Assembly (NCBI GenBank): GCA_964016885.1
Contig: OZ024746.1
Span: 92,256,001 to 92,320,000, forward strand
Length of the DNA stretch: 64,000 nt
Direction of reading: 5' to 3'
From: Eledone cirrhosa
Lineage: Eukaryota
The translations under genes and the position numbers were made by a program. A model generated the notes under the pieces. The model worked only from the letters and a program-made list of their open reading frames with translations. It ran no database searches and was not told the origin of the DNA. Of this stretch, positions 39,966 to 52,694 are shown one piece after another. Positions within the stretch are counted from its first letter, which is position 1. Every line of letters begins with the position of its first letter.

Positions 39966-40532
39966 TAATCTTGCACACATATGCTTGTGCTTACTTCTCT
40001 ACTCCTAGCCACTGTCATTTGTCTGTTGTCATACACACGTGAGTAGATTCACCCCTAGGCTCCTATGGCTCTGTTATGATCAGAAACACACACTCTTACA
40101 GTTTATACAGACCAACCAAACACACACCTCTACATTTACCTTCACAGCTCTGTACGGACCAACAGCTAACACACACAAACACACACAAACACATAAACAA
40201 CCTTATATATTCACACATATGTTCACAGCTTTGTACTTACAAACACACGCTCTCTCTCTTACACTTACATATACACACACATATCCTCTAAGCTTCATAC
40301 TAATAATCATCATACACACACATATACGCATGTGCACAAATACAGCTCTATATACAACATGTTTTTTTTACTTTTCAGCAAGGCACACTGGATCACCACC
40401 TTTTAAAACAAGATTATCTTATGTAAAATGCCAGCATCAACAGTTTTCCTAGAGATGGCGATATGAATAGACCTATTTAGATTCTGCCACTGCCCAATCT
40501 CCTCAATCTTTCTATTTCTTTTTCTCATTCTA

Positions 40533-40567
40533 TTTTCTGATGAAGGGCTAGTGTCCGAAACGTTAAG
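40533..40567 (+). ncRNA. Minimal hammerhead ribozyme motif downstream of a Penelope fragment
   Basis: CTGATGA-A-GGGC-tagt-GTCC-GAAACGTT. Confidence 0.7.
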
Positions 40568-40857
40568 TCTCTTTTCCTTTTATATCAAGCGTAAAACTAA
40601 TAATATATTTCTTCTTGTACTGTGTCATTTGCTATTTTTGTTTGGCTTTTCCAAACATATCATAAATATAAATTTAATTCCAAAGAGAAGAAAACAGAAG
40701 AGGCGAATTTAAGTCCTGAAATATTAGGATCAAACAGCAACAAAAACAAAGATTACCAGCTAACTAAATTTATTTTACCGTCATCTTATTGTCCATTTTG
40801 TATTGTTTAGCCTTATATCACTTTCACATTATATAATATATATATATATAATATATA

Positions 40858-40941
<84 letters not shown>

Positions 40942-41057
40942 GAAAAGTATAGAAATTGTTGTAGCGAGAAGCTAACAGTATTCCATAATATATAAGTGAC
41001 TATTGCGTCAAAATGGGAAAATAGTTAACATAAGATATGGGAAATAATATCGTCCAC

Positions 41058-41121
<64 letters not shown>

Positions 41122-41124
<3 letters not shown>

Positions 41125-42408
41125 GATGTGGACGATATTTATTCGCAATTTTCAACTGCTAATTTTATGCAAATTTTTTTTACTTCCGTTGTCACTCTTG
41201 TCTTCATAAAAACAGTGACTATATTTCCATTATTTATTTTCAGAATAATTGATTATGAATAATTTTGAACCTCCAAATTTGTGGAAGAGACACGGAGTTC
41301 TTCTTGGAATCCGTGCCGGGAGGACAAATAAGGAAATTTCAGACTTTCTCAGCGTCAGCAGGAAAATGGTGGAAAAGGTCAGAAAGGAATTGGAAGATTC
41401 AGGATTCGACTACGAAGCAACATCAGAGAGGAAAACACACGATCGACGATCTGACGCCTTCAGAAGGCCCGAGTTCGTCCCTGAAGTTCAGGATATCATC
41501 AACAATGAACCTAGCAAGTCGATGCGTGCCATTGCAAGGGAGAAAGGCGTGGATGAAAAGCTCATTAGGCTGGTAGTACATGAAGACATTCGCTACGTTT
41601 CATACAAGATGAGGAAAGGATAATTTCTGTCAAAGGCGATGCAAGAAAATCGACTGAAGCACGCAAAGAAGCACCCACTGGAGCCAGACATGCTGTGGTT
41701 TTTCTCCGACGAGAAAAACTTCTGCCAAGGCCAGAAGATCAACTCCCAGAACAACAGGTGGCTCGCTGTCTCATCCAAAGACGTGCCCAGAGTCATGCAG
41801 ATAAAGTTTCCAGCGACAACATTGGTCTTAGGTGTCGTCAGCAGTTAAGATGACGTCATGCCACCTCACTTCTTCCCTGAGGGCCTCAAGCTGAACACCG
41901 ATGGCTACATCCGCGTTCTGAGCGAGGTAGTAAAGCCCTGGATCGACCAGGTAGCTGCAGGTAGGCCATACGTGTGGCAGCAAGACTCAGTGCCCTGCCA
42001 TACCAGCCGAAAGACCCAAGCCTGGCTGTCAGAGAACTTCGTCGACCACACTTCACCTGACATCTGGCCTCCCAGCTTGCCTGACTGCAACCCCTTCAAC
42101 TTCTTTGTGTGGGACGCAGTGGAACGAGACACCAACAGATCTAGCTGCAATACGAAAGACGATCTGAAGGCCAGGATCACAAGTGCCTTTAGGGGCCTAA
42201 GTCGGGGGACAGTGACGAAGGCCTGTAACCGGTTCCGAGGCCGCCTTGAGGCCGTCATCAAAGCCAATAGCGGGTTTATTGAGTGAGATCGAAAGAACAA
42301 GTCATGAAGACAAACTGACCCAAGTTTGATAAATGCATCTTAAAAAATAAAACTACTGTTTTTTTTTCCTAGACAGTAATCTTGCGAACAAATATCGTCC
42401 ACACACTG
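41122..42408 (+). mobile_element. Near full-length Tc1/mariner element of DD37D (maT) type; transposase is a pseudogene
   Basis: TA flanks, 27-bp TIRs with 3 mismatches; motifs WFFSDEKNF, WQQDSVPCH, WPPSLPDCNPFN. 37 residues separate D2 from the third catalytic position (here N). Internal stops. Confidence 0.93.
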
Positions 42409-42667
42409 TATATATCAAAATAAGAGACATATATCATAAGAACAGAGGAGAAGGATCAATGATATAATATATTAGATGCCTTTAGCCAAAGAAAAGTGTG
42501 CTCAATGCTTAGAGATGCGATGTTAAATATTATAGTGGAGTTAATATTTAAGTAGAGTTAAGTGCAGAAGATAAGAAGAGAAATATATGGATGAGAAAGC
42601 AAGACATTTAAAAACAATTTTGTTTTTAAATGTCTTGCTTTTTCCTCCATATATTTTTGATTATATA

Positions 42668-43168
<501 letters not shown>

Positions 43169-43203
43169 ATATATATATGTATGTGTGTGTGTATTTATGT
43201 ATG

Positions 43204-43241
<38 letters not shown>

Positions 43242-44048
43242 AGCCGTAGAAAACCTGCCAGATAGTCTTATATGAGCAAGATACAGTCACCCGACCAACC
43301 TTGCCTCAAATTGGGACTACTCCCGTCTAACCCATGCTAGCGTGGAAGATGGATGGTAAACGATGATGGTGATATATATATATATGTATGTATGTGTGTG
43401 TATGTATGTATGTATGTATGTATGTATGTATGTATGTATGTATGTATGTATGTATATATGTATGTATGTGTGTATGTATGTATGTATGTATGTATGTATG
43501 TATGTATGTATGTATGTATGTATATGTATGTGTGTGTATGTATACATATATAATTTTCCCCCTCGCTGTGGTTCGTCTTTTTCTATCACCTTACTGCTAA
43601 CCTCTTTCTCTCTCCCCCTTCTCTCTCCTTGTACCTGTTGCTTTCATTCACCCCCTCCGCTGGTCACACTCTCTCAGCTGGCCTCTTCCTCAAACTTTCA
43701 CTCACTCACTCTCTGCTGCTCCCCTCTCTCACTTCCTCCCATCTGACCTGTGTGAAATCCTTTTCTCGCTCACATTTCGCAGATCCGGTCGCGTCTGCCG
43801 TCTTCTCGTCGTTGATTTGTTCGAACTTAAGTTCCCATGTATCATTGACTTGTCTCTCATTTCTTCTCTTTACGTTGCATTACTATTTTGTTTGTTTACT
43901 GTCCCACTTTCTCCACCCAATTCGCTCTGTCCCAATAACTTATTTTAGTTATTGCTCACACTGATTTTGAGGTATCTGGTCTTTAATGCGAAGAAATACC
44001 GATAATAGTCAGATCACTGATGATGGGCAGTCCCGTTTCTGCTCTATT

Positions 44049-44085
<37 letters not shown>

Positions 44086-44409
44086 CATATGGGTACATGT
44101 ATGGTCCATAACTCCTGATAGAGTCCCAGGGGCGCCATATTGACATACAGCGTTTCTTGGGCATTTTAATCCTATCAGAGTCCATCCTTTTTCAGGCCTG
44201 AGTACAGCAGATTTCTTCCAAGGGAAGACAGAAAGCGAGAGAGAGGAAATGAGAAAGTTGTATAGAGGAAGAATTGACCCCAGTACTTGACTGGTACTTT
44301 TTTTATCGACCTAGAAAGGATAAAGGCAAAGTTGACCTCAGCGGGATTTGAACTCCGAGAGCAGAGAGCCGGTACGAATGTCATAGAACTCTGCCAATTT
44401 GGCTTATTT

Positions 44410-44463
44410 AATATATATAAAAATATATATATACACACACACACATATATATATGTGTGTGTA

Positions 44464-44517
<54 letters not shown>

Positions 44518-44603
44518 TGAAATATTCAAGAGAAATATTTCAATATTTCTACTTATTTATATATATAAATATATGTATATATACCCACACACACACACAC
44601 ATA

Positions 44604-44653
<50 letters not shown>

Positions 44654-44936
44654 TGAAATATTCAAGAGAAATATTTCAATTTCTACTTATTTATATATAT
44701 AAATATATGTATATACACACACACACACACACACATATGTGTGTGTGTGTGTGTGTATGTGTGTATGTGTGTATGTGTGTGTGTGTGTGTGTGTGTGTAA
44801 TATTCTAGAGAAATATTTTAATTTCTACTTTGATCTTACATCTTACACCTATTCCTTACTGTTCTGTACAGACTCACACTCACACACACACACACACTCT
44901 CACACTCACACACACTCTCACACACTCACACACACA

Positions 44937-44967
<31 letters not shown>

Positions 44968-46290
44968 ACTCTCACACACTCACACACACACACTCACACA
45001 CACACACACTCACACACACACACACACACACACATAGCAATGATGACATCTATACACATTTCTGTGAAATATACCACAGAAATATTTTAATTTCTATTTT
45101 GATCTTATGATTAATCAAATCATTAAAAGTAATTAGTAGTGAATTTAAAACAAAAAAGAACAAAAGTTATTTTTAAATGCCATTATATGCTTCATTTGCC
45201 TGTATTATCCCAGACATGCTTCACATAAATTGTGTAAAGATTCTTTCAAGATGAGATGAATGTATAATTGTGTTGATAGGAATAACACTGGTGGGGGAGG
45301 GGGGTGTTGTTGTGGAAGACACAGGTACTACTTCACCTCACATACACATACATATATATATACATACATATACACACACACACACATACATATACATACA
45401 CACATACATAGAGATACATACATATACATACATATACATACACACACACATATACACATATACATACATACACACATACACACACACATACATAGAGATA
45501 CATACATGCACACATACATACAGATGCATACACACACATACATATACATACGCACGCACACATACATACATATACATACACATACATACATATACATACA
45601 TACACACACACACGCACATACATATAGATACATACATATACATACATATAGATACACACACACACATACATACATATACATACATATGCATACCCACACA
45701 CACATACATACAAATAATACATACATACACACATACATATATACATATACATACACACATACATACATACATATACATACATACATGCCTACACACACAC
45801 ATACATATAGATACATACATATACATACATATACATACATACATATACATACATACACACACACACACACATACATACACATACATACATACACACACAC
45901 ATACATACACATACATACATACACACACACATACATACATATACATACATACACACCCACACATATATATCACACACACACACATATATATATATATATA
46001 CACACATATATATATCTAGACACATATCTACACACATCTAAACACACACACACACATCTAAACACACACACACATCTAAACACATACACAAGAATATATG
46101 ATGTGTATGCACACACACACACATGCACACACACACACACATACACACGTACACAATCATGTGCACAAACACTCATACATATACATACATACACACACAC
46201 ACCTACCCACACATGTGTGGAAACTCACATATATATATGATGTATATACACATACATACACACACATATATATATAATATATACACACAT
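44410..46290. repeat. Compound CA/CATA/TA microsatellite field; similar fields at 24650-25125, 30370-31015, 35540-35840, 39090-39330 and 43030-43550
   Basis: Direct inspection; these tracts produce the HT/YI/VC low-complexity ORFs. Confidence 0.97.
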
Positions 46291-46426
46291 GTGAAAGGAA
46301 TAGGTTTTATATAGGTCTTATATTTATGTCTTGAGGATATTTTAATGCTACCTGATTGCATTAAAATTGAAACATGTAAATCTTAATAGAATGATTTGAA
46401 ATGTCATCTTTGGTTTTTCACTTGAA

Positions 46427-46497
<71 letters not shown>

Positions 46498-47157
46498 CAA
46501 TCTATTTCTAGTTGATATAAAATGCTCGGATCTATTCATTGGATCTATTCATTGCTTATTCTGCAGTGAATATGGCGCATGTCTCTCAGACATGACAACC
46601 CTTAATTTAATTTTGGATATATATACGGCCCCTTGATTGTAGAGCTAACTCAGTTGAATGGACTCGGCTGCTATTTCTAGCTGTCGATAATCCTATTCAC
46701 GCCGGTGCGATGTGTGTATTTTTTATAAAATGCAACACGTGGTTCGAGTCATTCACAGATTTGCATTTGCTTTGTAAACGCAGATGGTTGGATGTTCTCC
46801 TTTGGTGACCATCCGAGATTTAACTTCTGTGATTTACCGATTAATTGGTGAAATATATTTTTTATTTAAAGAAATATATACAAAGGAGATTAATCATTTT
46901 AAAAGGTATCTATATTTGAAGTTCTAGTTAAACTTTAATTAGTTACCTACCTAGCTATGTGTGCTTACACATTTACAAATTATTCCCTGAGATTGTTTCA
47001 TGTGTTTATTTTATATATATATGTGTCAATCTATTTCTAGTTGATATATATATATATATTGATTCAAGTGAAAAATCAAAGATGACTATCCAGTGAATTT
47101 CCAACCGATAAGGTAGAATTTTCATGGGTTCGTCTCTATTTATAAAACAAACTTTGT

Positions 47158-47220
47158 ATTTTATCTGATGAAAGCGCACCAATGTTGTCTTGGTTGCTCT
47201 TGAAATATATATAATAAAAT
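47158..47220 (+). ncRNA. Hammerhead ribozyme-like motif
   Basis: attttat-CTGATGA-aagcgcaccaa/ttggttgctctt-GAAA-tatatat-a-ataaaat; stem I attttat/ataaaat. Confidence 0.65.
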
Positions 47221-47802
47221 AAATATGGTTTTATAAATATAGTTTCCATTTATTTAATATCATGAAATATTTACTCCCGTATTTGTTGAGTGCTCTAAAT
47301 CAGTTATAAACATTTATGTTTGTCGGACTTCCAACAAATTAAATACAACTTCTACATATATATATATATTTATACAGAAGACCTGCCTTTCCTACATACA
47401 AAGTTAAACCAAAAATCAATAGACACTGCTTAACCAAATATACACCCCAACCCACTATCCCTACTCCATCCTCTCACTCCCACCAACACCACCCCTTTCT
47501 CTCTAAAGCTATGTTGGTACCACAACATCCAGTCCAAACTAAAGAGGTTGTGTAGGTGTTATGACAAAAAAATACCCAGTCCACGCAGTAAAGTGGTCGT
47601 GTAGGAGACACAATAAAAATGCTCCCAGTCCAGACTGTAAATGTGGTTGGTGTTAGGAAGGGCATCCAGATGTAGAAAACCTGCCAGACACAGTCTTATG
47701 CGAGCGAGACATGGTGACCCGATCAATCTTGCCTCAAGTGGGACAATTCCCTTCTAAGCCATGCTAGCGTGGAAGATAGATGTTAAACGATGATGATGAT
47801 GA

Positions 47803-47844
<42 letters not shown>

Positions 47845-47850
<6 letters not shown>

Positions 47851-47975
47851 GGAAAAAATGAAAGAAATTTCATTTCTCACGCTTAGTACGGCTGTTACTT
47901 AAATACATACTTATATTTAAGTAACAGCCGTACTAAGAGTGAGAAATAAAATTTCGTTTCATTTTTTCCGTTTAT
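47845..47975. repeat. Inverted repeat with arms of about 60 bp
   Basis: ataaacggaaaaaatgaaa..cttagtacggctgttacttaaata pairs with tatttaagtaacagccgtactaag..tttcattttttccgtttat. Confidence 0.93.
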
Positions 47976-48096
47976 CGTTTTCGGTGCACCCGGCCGATTA
48001 ACTCACTCGATATGCAAATTAGGCTGCTCAGCCGTTAATATGCATAAGGAAAGTATATACTTTCAGACGTTCAATTATCTGGCAGGAAGGTATACA

Positions 48097-48137
48097 TTGC
48101 TGACGAACGATGGCTAATAGGCTTGAAACTAGTACAG
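48097..48137 (+). ncRNA. Hammerhead ribozyme-like motif with degenerate stem II
   Basis: ttg-CTGACGA...GAAACTAGTA-cag; palindromic ACTAGT, GUA triplet. Confidence 0.55.
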
Positions 48138-48363
48138 CGTTCCTTTGTCAGTGTTGAACAAACGAGCAACGATGGTTGCTAGACACTACGGCTTAATTCG
48201 GGATGTTTGTTTACAAACACACCGATCATTATAATAAATGTTCGGTGAATCCATACGTACATATATTTATGTGTGCATGTATGTATATATATATATATAC
48301 ATACTACTGTACGTCTGTATACATATGTATGTACGTGTACATACTTATATTTATATATATATC

Positions 48364-48404
<41 letters not shown>

Positions 48405-48501
48405 ATTAGGTAATTCCGAAGGAAAAGCAAAGGAAAAAAGAGTGCTCTATGTATAGAACAGAGCTATTGAATTAGAAAGTGAACAATACAATATATAACT
48501 A

Positions 48502-48569
48502 CTCCATTACCAAAGGTTTCTGGATCCCAAACAATATTAATATACGTCTGGATTGGTCGTCAGATAGAG
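48502..48569 (-). ncRNA. Hammerhead ribozyme-like motif
   Basis: ctctat-CTGACGA-..atccagac..gtttgggat..-GAAACCtttGGTA-atggag; stems I and III pair, but the base of stem II is mismatched. Confidence 0.55.
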
Positions 48570-48719
48570 ATGTTATATATATATATATATATATATATAA
48601 TGTTATACTTTGGGAGGGTCATGTTGCCAATAAAAGCACGCGCACCTGTTGGTTTTCACTTCAATTTATTATAAATTTCTGGTTGGTTGGTTCGATAACC
48701 GGAAAGTTGTTTATATATT

Positions 48720-49025
48720 GTCAAAGCTCTTTCGTCAAACTAAGCCCACAAATTAACTGCAAAACAAGGAATGTAGTATATAGCATAATATGTGCTGAGA
48801 GACAGTGTAGTAATAAGAATATAACATACATAGGTGAAACAGCCCATAGCATAGGAGAAAGGATAAGTGAACACAGAACTCCAGGATGGGAAAAACTCAT
48901 CAGTACTCCACCAACATTCCAAAATAGAACATAAGGGCACATTAGAGAACATAGAGATAAAAATTATATCCACACACAGAAAAGATGCAATGGTCAGACA
49001 AATTACAGAAGCAATAAAGTATATG
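48720..49025 (+). pseudogene. Penelope-like GIY-YIG endonuclease fragment, second family
   Basis: INCKTRNVVYSIIC....C.....YIGETAHSIGERISEH. Confidence 0.8.
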
Positions 49026-50202
49026 TAAACATAAGTTTCACATATACTTGAATATAAGTCCATCTGAATATAAGTTGACCACCTATCCTATGTCTGAGAA
49101 ATGGGCAAAAATGCAAATGCTGTGTATTAGCCAAGGCAGCTAACCAACACATTATGTTTAGATGGTGCGGTTTTGAAATTCTTATGAGTGAGGAATATGT
49201 TAAATTGGGCCCCGGGGGTTAGAATATCTCAGGAAAGAATAGCTGGACAGATTTTCTGGGCAAAACTAACAGCCAGGAAATCCAGGGGTAGAACTAAAAC
49301 AAGATGGTTGGTTAACATTCATTAGCTTGGCTGGTCTTGCTTGGGGATTCAGCCGGATCAGTTGGAGATCATTGCTTCTGACAGGACCTGCTGGAAGGAG
49401 TGTTTGAGGTCTCTATCCCCACAACCCTCTTAAGAAGAAGAAGAAGAAGAAGAACTTGCTCCTAAAAAAGAAAGCATATTTTAATACATTTAAAAAAAAT
49501 TATTTATATATTATTTTTTTCTTTGCCAATCACTTTTTACAAGAACTATAATTGTTTGTTTTGTTTTTGGTGCTTATTTTTCTTTTTTTTTTCTTTTCTT
49601 TTTTTCAGAAAATACTTTCGGGTCTCAAATAATTGCTCCTATCCCCGCTTATTAAATTTTGCTAATCTATCTCCTGCATAATATTATTTTAAGTGGTAGC
49701 ACTCCTGCAACAATTAATTTTATGTATCCCTTAAAAAGCATTAAACATGAGAAACCCCATATATTATAAAATAAATAGGATGGGTTGGAGTCTCAATATG
49801 TAAACTAAATTACTAATTCTGTTTTTAAAAAAAATTAACCATAAAAAAATTATCGATTTCCCCCACCTTGCTTATTTCAACCTTTCCTATTTTTTCTTTT
49901 CTTTCTCCCCCCCCCCATCTTCCCCTGCTCACCCCATCCCCCTCTTTCTTTCTTCTACATGCTTCTGCCGCCACTTTATGTCTCTTTACTGGTAATTTCC
50001 TATGAAGTAACAACCTTACAATCTCTAGTGTCTGTTAGGTGTGGCTTTTACATGAAAAAAACAATCAACTTTAGTCTTCTTTTCTTTCATACCGGACTAC
50101 AGTCCTTCTTTATATTGTTGTTTTCTCTCTATTGTTATTCTCTCTCTTTTTATACAACTTTACAATTGACTCAATTTACCAGCTTACCATGGATCATATG
50201 AT

Positions 50203-51022
50203 GATCATCATCATCGTTTAACATCCATCTTTCACGCTTGCATGGGTTTGGACGGGTATTTTCCCACTTGAAGCAAGATTGGTTGTCTTGCTCGTATAGG
50301 ACTGTCTGGCGGGTTTTCTACGGCTGGATGCCCTTCCTAACACCAACCACGTTTACAGTGTGGAGTGGGAGGTTTTTACCGTGTTACCTACATGGCCACA
50401 TTACAGCGTGGACTGTGTGTTTTTTTTGTCGTGACACCTACACGACCTCATTTGTTTCGGACTGGATGTTGTGGTACCAACATAACTTCACATTTAAGGG
50501 TGGTGTGGATGGGGTGAGGTAGTGGGACGGAGGTGTATTTTGTTAGAGGCGCCTACTGACTGTAGGTTTCACTTTGTACTTAGGCAAGGCGGGTCTTCTG
50601 TATTACTGTGTAGCGCCAAAGATCTCGGTCCAGTGACATTGTCTTGGAGAGGTGTAAGTGTGTGAGGTCAGAATTTATCAAGTCGTCCCAGGTTTTTCTG
50701 GGTTTGCCTACTCCGTGGCTACCGTCTATTTTTATCGCCCTGCACTTTTTTATACAGCTGTCGTCTTTCATGCTCATCACGTGACCGTACCAACGTAGTC
50801 TTCTCTCGAGTAAACAACATCTGATCCCTCTTATTCCTAATTTCTCCCTTAGTTCGTTTATGCTTTGCCGTTCACGTATATTACTATTGCACATCCAGCG
50901 GAGCATGCAAGCTTCGTTTCTCTCCAGTCTGCGTATATCCTCTGCACACAATGCCCAGGTCTCACTGCCATGTAACATTGCTGTTCGTATGCAGGCATCA
51001 TACAGCCTGCCTTTCATTTTTA
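50203..51022 (-). mobile_element. RTE-A LINE 3' fragment
   Basis: KGRLYDACIRTAMLHGSETW...RLRWYGHV...GKPRKTW, then 3'UTR and (GAT)n tail. Confidence 0.9.
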
Positions 51023-51054
51023 GATATTAACACAAAAGGAGGGTGATATTTATA

Positions 51055-51400
51055 GAAGGGTTGGCTGAAAAGTTCAGAGGCTGACTATGAAAGAGTGATG
51101 GTAGAGCTGTGAAATCTTGCATGTATTAATTTCAACTCTTCTTATTGATAAATTGCATTATTTTTTTTCCAGGCACTATGTTGAAAAATAAACCTCATTT
51201 GGTCATTCCATGAGAGTATCTTGATCAGCCTATGAAGGAGTGATGCTAGAGCTGTCAAATCTTGCATGTATTAATTTCAACTCTTCTTATTGATAACTGC
51301 ATTGGTTTTTTTTCCAGGGACTATGTTGAAAAATGAATCTCATTTGGGTCATTCCATGAGAACATCTTGGTCAGCCTATGAACCTTTTAGTTGACCTTTC
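51055..51400. mobile_element. Mariner-like MITE with an internal duplication of about 150 bp
   Basis: TA|gaagggttggctgaaaagttc and gaaccttttagttgacctttc|TA. Confidence 0.6.
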
Positions 51401-52694
51401 TAATGTGACTTGTACATGATTATATATGGAACATTGCTTGTATTGTAGAATATAACAAATAGCAGCTCACCCTCTCTTAATATGACAAATCAAATTTGTA
51501 CATTGAACATTGTGTCACTTCACAACTTTCCATACTTGAAATTTCAGTCACAACTTGTAAGAGAGGTAAGTGTTGTGATGAAATTTGAGACAAGTCTGAC
51601 TGACGGCACGGTTGACAGTGACAAGGTATTTGTCAAGCATTCTACTAAGACATAAAACATAATTATGTACCATATATGTAACAAAATCTTTTCACATATA
51701 CTAATCCACAAATGACATCTGGCTGCTATTTCTCTTTATCTTTGGGTTGGCGTCAGTGGTTTGGAGTGGTTAGTCAGTTCAACTCTGGTAATACAGAAGA
51801 GAAACATCACTTCAATTTGCTCATGCAAGTAGCGAGATGTAGCACTTAGCAAAAAACCCTGTCAATGAGAGCTGACAGCAATTCTTCCATGAGCACTTCA
51901 TTGTATTTGCTGATTGTCAACCTCTTCAACAGCAACCATTAACTTCATCATCATCATCATCATTTTATGTCCGCTTTTCCCTGCTTGCAAGGATGGGGCG
52001 GGAACTGATTCTGGCTTGATTTCTACAGCTGGATGCCCTTCCTAACACCAACCTCATTTACAGTGAGTGCTGGGTGCTTTTTTGCCGTGGCACCTCCATG
52101 ACCACTTTGCAGTGGAATGATAGGGACCCCAGCTCAGTAAACTGGAGCAATGTGAAATAAAGTGTCTTGCTCAAGGAAACAACACATCACCCGGTCTGTG
52201 AATTGAACTCACAACCTTTCGATTGCAAGGCTAATCAATGCTCTAGCCACTAAGCCATGTGCCTTCATATATACTCGAGTTTAAGAATATAAGTTTCACA
52301 TATACTCGATATATAAAAATATAAGTTTCATATATACTCACATATAAGAATAAGTTTCATATATACTTCAATATAAGAACATAAGTTTCACATATACTTG
52401 AATATAAGTCCATCTGAATATAAGTTGACCACCTATCCTATGTCTGAGAAATGGGCAAAAATGCAAATGCTGTGTATTAGCCAAGGCAGCTAACCAACAC
52501 ATTATGTTTAGATGGTGCGGTTTTGAAATTCTTATGAGTGAGGAATATGTTAAAATGTTTTAAGAGTTGTTTAGAGTATAGAATTTGTTTCACAACTCCA
52601 TTATGAAATGATTTATTTTAAAAATTACCGACTGTTTTGAAAACCATCTTCATTCAAACACATCAAAAACAAATTTCACAATTAAAGCAAAAAT

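Noticed and set aside
45260-46240. His/Thr/Tyr/Ile- or Val/Cys-rich ORFs here and at 12.1, 24.7, 30.4, 35.5, 39.1 and 43-44 kb
   Set aside because: Translations of CA/TA/CATA microsatellites.
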